A DNA stretch of 32,675 nt from a virus (taxonomy: Duplodnaviria > Heunggongvirae > Uroviricota > Caudoviricetes): the IMG/VR virus record IMGVR_UViG_2663763159_000003, positions 1-32,675 of that record, one strand, 5' to 3'. The notes under the pieces were generated by a model. That model did no database searches and had not been told where the DNA came from. It saw only the letters and a program-made list of their open reading frames with translations. The position numbers and the translations under genes are program-made. The number at the start of each line of letters is the position of its first letter. The stretch's first letter is position 1. Shown one piece after another: positions 27,377 through 32,675 of this stretch.

Positions 27377-27627
27377 GTAATTCCGCACGACTACAGCTTG
27401 GTTTTTCACCGCTATCAAAAACTATCATGCTGGCAAAAATGCGCGATGTTGAAGGTGGACGTATGCGCGTTGGCAATGATCCAGGTCGTGATGTTACCAA
27501 TGAGGCTGCTCAATTGGTGTGGCGACTGGTCATGGCTGAAGGTGGTGAGATCGCGTGGGAACTTGATGATGGTTCTCGCATGGTGTTGAAGGCAGAGAAG
27601 CAGGAGACAACCAGTGAGCAAGATTGA
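27373..27627 (+). CDS. Hypothetical ~84-aa protein
   Basis: GTG start after AGGAGG RBS, overlapping upstream stop. Confidence 0.5.
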   Translation: MSNSARLQLGFSPLSKTIMLAKMRDVEGGRMRVGNDPGRDVTNEAAQLVWRLVMAEGGEIAWELDDGSRMVLKAEKQETTSEQD

Positions 27628-28108
27628 CTATCAGGCACTGCGTGAGGCGGCAGAGAAGGCAACGTGGGGAGACTGGGACTCATATAAACCACACCGTGGC
27701 GCACGTGGTTATGAGGTCCGACTAAGTAGTCAGGCCATTGCGCAACACGTTCTGAAAAACAACGCTGAATTTATTGCTGCCTTTAATCCAAAGATTGCTT
27801 TGGCACTACTGGATGAACGGGAAAGGAACCAGCAATACATCAAATCCCGCGACCAGGAGAACGAGGATATTGCACTAACGGTAGGGAAGTTGCGCGTTGA
27901 GCTTGAGGCAGAAAAACAGCGGGCAAAGGATCTATTTATGGAAAATGCTCGGCTTAAGTCAGGTATAGCCGGTCTGATACACCTCGGTATTCGATATGCA
28001 GATGTTGAGGTCATGAGAATTGCTGGAGATGCCCAGCTTTCTACCCCATGCACTGACAGCATCATAAACAGCATTGCAACAGGCATTCGCATCAAAGGAG
28101 GTGAGTAA
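27614..28108 (+). CDS. Ea22-like hypothetical protein
   Basis: 164 aa, GTG start; central coiled coil; family assignment by recall only. Confidence 0.5.
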   Translation: MSKIDYQALREAAEKATWGDWDSYKPHRGARGYEVRLSSQAIAQHVLKNNAEFIAAFNPKIALALLDERERNQQYIKSRDQENEDIALTVGKLRVELEAEKQRAKDLFMENARLKSGIAGLIHLGIRYADVEVMRIAGDAQLSTPCTDSIINSIATGIRIKGGE

Positions 28109-28284
28109 TGCGTGTGGCATGTATCGGCTTGTTACCTTACCCGACTCGTTTTTGGGCTTCTGCGCTAATTGCAAAGCCGCATGTCCTGATGGCTGACAAC
28201 ATCATCCCGGCACCAAAGCGCCGCCATACCGGTATTGCATCGGCACGACGAGCAGCAAAGAAACGCAGGAGAGCAAAACGATGA
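28108..28284 (+). CDS. Small basic 58-aa hypothetical protein
   Basis: TAATG and ATGA overlaps with neighbours; Arg/Lys-rich C-terminus. Confidence 0.35.
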   Translation: MRVACIGLLPYPTRFWASALIAKPHVLMADNIIPAPKRRHTGIASARRAAKKRRRAKR

Positions 28285-28469
28285 AAAACCGTAAAGCAAA
28301 GATTCTGTTAGTTCGTAGAAACGCTCCTGGCGTCTGGCAGTGGGTGAGACTCAGCAACCGACGGGTGGGGTTAATGAAACATTACGGGATGATGGATTAT
28401 GGTTTTTGCAAAAAGCCCAGCGCGGCGCAAAACCGCTGGAAAAACCACTTGCGTACTAAAGGAGAGTGA
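28281..28469 (+). CDS. Hypothetical 62-aa protein
   Basis: ORF only, coupled to neighbours. Confidence 0.45.
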   Translation: MKNRKAKILLVRRNAPGVWQWVRLSNRRVGLMKHYGMMDYGFCKKPSAAQNRWKNHLRTKGE

Positions 28470-28470
28470 T

Positions 28471-28680
28471 ATGGCTATTGCCGCAAGTTACACCATGCAT
28501 CTCTATTGTGACTGCCGCCAGTGTACGGAAGGTGTATATCCAGTGCCAGACTTCGGAGAGTATATCGGCACGTCATGGGCTGGTTGTGCAAAAGAGGCGC
28601 GTAAGGATGGCTGGCGAATAAGCAAAGACAAAACACGTGCTTTTGCGCCTGGGCATAAAGTTTTGAGGATTAACAAATGA
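28471..28680 (+). CDS. Hypothetical Cys-rich 69-aa protein (possible zinc ribbon)
   Basis: ATG 28471 after GGAGAG RBS; CDC..C motif. Confidence 0.5.
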   Translation: MAIAASYTMHLYCDCRQCTEGVYPVPDFGEYIGTSWAGCAKEARKDGWRISKDKTRAFAPGHKVLRINK

Positions 28681-29555
28681 CCACTATTACCAGAGAACAA
28701 GCTCTGAAAATTATTGAGGCAGCCGATGAGATTATTAGTGCGCTTGCCGGAACTAACGAGGATGTTCACCCTGGTAGCGATAACATGCTACGCCTGTGGG
28801 ATGACCTGAATGACCGTTACGCGCCGCCGGAAGTTGTGCGTGAGCTGGCACGGATTGCTCTGGCATCGCTGGAAGCAGAGCCGATAGGTTTCCGTTGCAG
28901 GCGCAATGATAACCTTGGTGACTGGAGTTACGTATATCATCGAGAGCCAGATGATTTTGAGCGCAAACATTTAGTGATAGAGGGCATTTACGCCGCCCCT
29001 CCAGCGCCAGTAGTACCGGAAGAAAAACCAATGCCTAATCCTCTTAGCATGTACGCGGTTGATGCTGTTGCCGCTATTGCAGAGGTGAGAGGCTGGAACG
29101 CCTGCCGCGCTGCCATGCTTCATAGTGCCGAACCTGCAAGTAATCATGAAGAGTTGCCGCTTGATTATCTCCAAGGTCAAAAAGATGGTCTTGAATGGGC
29201 TGCGCAGCTTGCAGAAGCAAATCACCCACAAACTGGCGACTGGCTTTACGATGACCCGCTGGAGCTGGCTAAAGCTATCAGAAAAGGTCCTGACATGCCC
29301 GAATTCGATGGACCAACTCCGGTGACTCCGGATAGTTGGATAAGCTGTAGTGAGCGAATGCCAGAAAAGAACCAGAACGTACTTATTTCGGTGAATTTCG
29401 ATAGTGATCTGGTTGAACCGCTAATATGCTCCGCACGCTATACAGGAAGCACATTCCGGCGAGGAGAAGCAACGATTAAGCCGGGTAATGGTATTGAGCA
29501 GGCAACTCACTGGATGCCTCTACCAGAACCGCCTCAGGAGGTTAACCGTGGCTAA
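28677..29555 (+). CDS. DUF551-domain protein
   Basis: 292 aa; C-terminal ...CSERMPEKNQ...ATHWMPLPEPP typical of DUF551 prophage proteins as recalled. Confidence 0.65.
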   Translation: MTTITREQALKIIEAADEIISALAGTNEDVHPGSDNMLRLWDDLNDRYAPPEVVRELARIALASLEAEPIGFRCRRNDNLGDWSYVYHREPDDFERKHLVIEGIYAAPPAPVVPEEKPMPNPLSMYAVDAVAAIAEVRGWNACRAAMLHSAEPASNHEELPLDYLQGQKDGLEWAAQLAEANHPQTGDWLYDDPLELAKAIRKGPDMPEFDGPTPVTPDSWISCSERMPEKNQNVLISVNFDSDLVEPLICSARYTGSTFRRGEATIKPGNGIEQATHWMPLPEPPQEVNRG

Positions 29556-29655
29556 CCTGCAACTTGCCGTTAAAGGTGAATAACAATCCTCGCACTCGCG
29601 GGGATTTCTTTTATCTGAACTCGCTACGGCGAGTTTTGTTTTATGGAGATGATAA

Positions 29656-29823
29656 ATGCACTTCCGAGTCACAGGTGAATGGAATGGAGAACCATTCAAC
29701 AGAGTTATCGAAGCAGAGAACATCAACGACTGTTATAACCACTGGATGATATGGGCGCAGATAGCACATGCAGACGTAACCAATATTCGAATTGAAGAAC
29801 TGAAAGAACACCAAGCCGCCTGA
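29656..29823 (+). CDS. Small 55-aa hypothetical protein upstream of xis
   Basis: ATG after GGAG RBS; stop lies in the loop of the following terminator. Confidence 0.45.
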   Translation: MHFRVTGEWNGEPFNRVIEAENINDCYNHWMIWAQIAHADVTNIRIEELKEHQAA

Positions 29824-29836
29824 TGGCGGTTTTTTC
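29814..29836 (+). terminator. Rho-independent terminator upstream of xis
   Basis: gccgcctgatggcgg followed by tttttt. Confidence 0.6.
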
Positions 29837-29862
29837 TTGCGTGTAATTGCGGAGACTTTGCG

Positions 29863-30081
29863 ATGTACTTGACACTTCAGGAGTGGAACGCACGCCAGCG
29901 ACGCCCAAGAAGCCTTGAAACAGTTCGTCGATGGGTACGCGAGTGCAGGATATTCCCTCCTCCGGTTAAGGATGGAAGAGAGTATCTGTTCCACGAATCA
30001 GCGGTAAAGGTTGACTTAAATCGACCAGTAACAGGTAGCCTTTTGAAGAGGATCAGAAATGGGAAGAAGGCGAAGTCATGA
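29863..30081 (+). CDS. xis: Excisionase
   Basis: 72 aa, matches λ Xis as recalled. Confidence 0.95.
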   Translation: MYLTLQEWNARQRRPRSLETVRRWVRECRIFPPPVKDGREYLFHESAVKVDLNRPVTGSLLKRIRNGKKAKS

Positions 30082-31129
30082 GCGCCGGGATTTACCCCCT
30101 AACCTTTATATAAGAAACAATGGATATTACTGCTACAGGGACCCAAGGACGGGTAAAGAGTTTGGATTAGGCAGAGACAGGCGAATCGCAATCACTGAAG
30201 CTATACAGGCCAACATTGAGTTATTTTCAGGACACAAACACAAGCCTCTGACAGCGAGAATCAACAGTGATAATTCCGTTACGTTACATTCATGGCTTGA
30301 TCGCTACGAAAAAATCCTGGCCAGCAGAGGAATCAAGCAGAAGACACTCATAAATTACATGAGCAAAATTAAAGCAATAAGGAGGGGTCTGCCTGATGCT
30401 CCACTTGAAGACATCACCACAAAAGAAATTGCGGCAATGCTCAATGGATACATAGACGAGGGCAAGGCGGCGTCAGCCAAGTTAATCAGATCAACACTGA
30501 GCGATGCATTCCGAGAGGCAATAGCTGAAGGCCATATAACAACAAACCCTGTCGCTGCCACTCGCGCAGCAAAATCAGAGGTAAGGAGATCAAGACTTAC
30601 GGCTGACGAATACCTGAAAATTTATCAAGCAGCAGAATCATTACCATGTTGGCTCAGACTTGCAATGGAACTGGCTGTTGTTACCGGGCAACGAGTTGGT
30701 GATTTATGCGAAATGAAGTGGTCTGATATCGTAGATGGATATCTTTATGTCGAGCAAAGCAAAACAGGCGTAAAAATTGCCATCCCAACAGTATTGCATG
30801 TTGATGCTCTCGGAATATCAATGAAGGAAACACTTGATAAATGCAAAGAGATTCTTGGCGGAGAAACCATAATTGCATCTACTCGTCGCGAACCGCTTTC
30901 ATCCGGCACAGTATCAAGGTATTTTATGCGCGCACGAAAAGCATCAGGTCTTTCCTTCGAAGGGGATCCGCCTACCTTTCACGAGTTGCGCAGTTTGTCT
31001 GCAAGACTCTATGAGAAGCAGATAAGCGATAAGTTTGCTCAACATCTTCTCGGGCATAAGTCGGACACCATGGCATCACAGTATCGTGATGACAGAGGCA
31101 GGGAGTGGGACAAAATTGAAATCAAATAA
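30059..31129 (+). CDS. int: Integrase (tyrosine recombinase)
   Basis: 356 aa, matches λ Int as recalled; start overlaps xis end. Confidence 0.95.
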   Translation: MGRRRSHERRDLPPNLYIRNNGYYCYRDPRTGKEFGLGRDRRIAITEAIQANIELFSGHKHKPLTARINSDNSVTLHSWLDRYEKILASRGIKQKTLINYMSKIKAIRRGLPDAPLEDITTKEIAAMLNGYIDEGKAASAKLIRSTLSDAFREAIAEGHITTNPVAATRAAKSEVRRSRLTADEYLKIYQAAESLPCWLRLAMELAVVTGQRVGDLCEMKWSDIVDGYLYVEQSKTGVKIAIPTVLHVDALGISMKETLDKCKEILGGETIIASTRREPLSSGTVSRYFMRARKASGLSFEGDPPTFHELRSLSARLYEKQISDKFAQHLLGHKSDTMASQYRDDRGREWDKIEIK

Positions 31130-31217
31130 TGATTTTATTTTGACTGATAGTGACCTGTTCGTTGCAACAAATTGATAAGCAATGCTTTTTTATAATGCCA
31201 ACTTAGTATAAAAAAGC
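31130..31217. other. attL: λ P' arm and 15-bp core (reverse complement of GCTTTTTTATACTAA at 31203..31217) joined to host B arm
   Basis: Sequence gattttattttgactgatagtgacctgttcgttgcaacaaattgataagcaatgcttttttataatgccaacttagtataaaaaagc matches the λ attP P' arm as recalled, then diverges into host sequence. Confidence 0.85.
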
Positions 31218-31263
31218 AGGCTTCAACGGATTCATTTTTCTATTTCATAGCCCGGAGCAACCT

Positions 31264-32547
31264 GTGAACACATTTTCAGTTTCCCGTCTGGCGCTGGCAT
31301 TGGCTTTTGGCGTGACGCTGACCGCCTGTAGCTCAACACCGCCCGATCAACGTCCTTCTGATCAAACCGCGCCTGGTACCTCTTCACGCCCGATTCTGTC
31401 GGCAAAAGAAGCGCAGAATTTCGATGCTCAACACTATTTTGCATCCCTGACACCAGGTGCGGCAGCGTGGAATCCTTCCCCAATTACCTTGCCTGCGCAA
31501 CCTGACTTTGTTGTCGGCCCGGCGGGTACTCAAGGTGTAACGCATACCACGATTCAGGCGGCGGTAGATGCGGCAATTATCAAGCGTACCAACAAGCGCC
31601 AGTATATTGCCGTGATGCCTGGTGAGTATCAGGGAACGGTATATGTCCCTGCCGCTCCGGGTGGAATTACTCTGTACGGTACAGGTGAAAAACCGATTGA
31701 TGTGAAGATTGGGCTTTCCCTTGATGGGGGCATGAGCCCTGCCGACTGGCGTCACGACGTCAACCCGCGCGGCAAATATATGCCAGGTAAACCAGCGTGG
31801 TATATGTACGATAGCTGCCAGAGCAAACGCAGCGACAGTATCGGTGTTCTCTGCTCTGCGGTCTTCTGGTCACAAAACAATGGCCTGCAACTGCAAAACC
31901 TGACCATCGAAAACACGCTGGGTGATAGCGTAGATGCGGGTAACCATCCGGCGGTGGCACTGCGTACTGATGGTGACCAGGTACAGATTAACAACGTTAA
32001 CATTCTCGGTCGTCAGAACACCTTCTTTGTCACCAATAGCGGTGTGCAGAACCGTCTGGAAACGAATCGTCAGCCGCGTACGCTGGTGACCAACAGCTAT
32101 ATTGAAGGGGATGTGGATATCGTTTCTGGTCGCGGCGCAGTGGTGTTCGATAACACCGAATTCCGCGTGGTGAACTCCCGTACCCAGCAAGAAGCGTATG
32201 TGTTTGCACCGGCTACGCTGTCCAACATTTACTACGGTTTCCTCGCCGTAAACAGCCGTTTCAATGCTTCCGGTGATGGCGTGGCGCAACTGGGCCGCTC
32301 GCTGGATGTTGATGCCAATACCAACGGTCAGGTGGTGATCCGTGATAGCGCCATCAACGAAGGTTTTAACACGGCGAAACCGTGGGCCGATGCGGTGATT
32401 TCCAATCGTCCATTCGCAGGTAACACCGGCAGTGTTGACGATAGCGACGAAATACAACGCAATATGAATGACACTAACTACAACCGCATGTGGGAATACA
32501 ATAACCGCGGCGTGGGTAGCAAAGTGGTTGCAGAGGCGAAGAAGTAA
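31264..32547 (+). CDS. ybhC: Host lipoprotein YbhC (pectinesterase-like / acyl-CoA thioesterase)
   Basis: 427 aa, GTG start, lipobox LTACS, parallel beta-helix-like repeats; known neighbour of attλ. Confidence 0.8.
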   Translation: MNTFSVSRLALALAFGVTLTACSSTPPDQRPSDQTAPGTSSRPILSAKEAQNFDAQHYFASLTPGAAAWNPSPITLPAQPDFVVGPAGTQGVTHTTIQAAVDAAIIKRTNKRQYIAVMPGEYQGTVYVPAAPGGITLYGTGEKPIDVKIGLSLDGGMSPADWRHDVNPRGKYMPGKPAWYMYDSCQSKRSDSIGVLCSAVFWSQNNGLQLQNLTIENTLGDSVDAGNHPAVALRTDGDQVQINNVNILGRQNTFFVTNSGVQNRLETNRQPRTLVTNSYIEGDVDIVSGRGAVVFDNTEFRVVNSRTQQEAYVFAPATLSNIYYGFLAVNSRFNASGDGVAQLGRSLDVDANTNGQVVIRDSAINEGFNTAKPWADAVISNRPFAGNTGSVDDSDEIQRNMNDTNYNRMWEYNNRGVGSKVVAEAKK

Positions 32548-32558
32548 AAAATAAATAT

Positions 32559-32582
32559 CCTCCGGCATAGCCGGAGGTTTTT
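32559..32582 (+). terminator. Rho-independent terminator after ybhC
   Basis: cctccggcatagccggagg followed by ttttt. Confidence 0.6.
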
Positions 32583-32675
32583 CAAATGCGCCTATAAGGC
32601 TCTCTTACCAGCCGCGCCCTAACAGGCGCACACGATCTGACATTTGCATCCAACTTCGTTACTTACGGCCCGTAA

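Larger units (their letters stand above)
1..31217. mobile_element. Lambdoid prophage, partial (tail gene K through int and attL); mosaic of HK97-like head, λ-like tail, λ-like replication/integration and non-λ immunity
   Basis: Continuous phage gene order from tail to int, ending at the λ att core at 31203..31217 followed by host ybhC. Confidence 0.9.

Noticed and set aside
31870-32568. 232-aa minus-strand ORF (also 31384..31755)
   Set aside because: Antisense to host ybhC; shadow ORF.
32583-32675. Possible 3' end of a convergent host gene (ybhB-like) at the window edge
   Set aside because: Too little sequence in the window to support a call.

Overview
Positions 1..31217 are the int-proximal ~31 kb of a lambdoid prophage integrated at the E. 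coli attλ site; positions 31218..32675 are host DNA carrying ybhC. Late genes read on the minus strand, and the window begins inside tail gene K, so the J/attR end lies outside it. Reading right to left on the minus strand: Q antiterminator, two tRNA-like genes, a phage-21-type lysis cassette (pinholin, an extra 116-aa ORF, SAR endolysin, Rz with embedded Rz1), then an HK97-like head module (HNH endonuclease, small and large terminase, portal, prohead protease, major capsid, connector) and a λ-like tail module (Z-like, U-like, V, G/G-T with a -1 frameshift site, H, M, L, K). The replication and nin block (O with ori iterons, P, ren, ninB/E/F/G), ral, xis, int and the attL arm look essentially λ-identical from memory, whereas the immunity region (cI, cro, cII, N, nut sites, operators) is a different immunity type. 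The best candidate for an undescribed system is a translationally coupled two-gene cassette in the slot where λ carries rexAB, directly downstream of cI: a small soluble protein plus a 227-aa coiled-coil protein with a C-terminal membrane anchor. Other accessory loci are a YfbU-family gene in the slot and orientation of λ bor, the extra ORF inside the lysis cassette, and a train of small overlapping genes between the RecT module and xis. All protein identifications rest on recall of family sequences and on synteny, not on database searches; no CRISPR array, IS element or toxin gene was seen.
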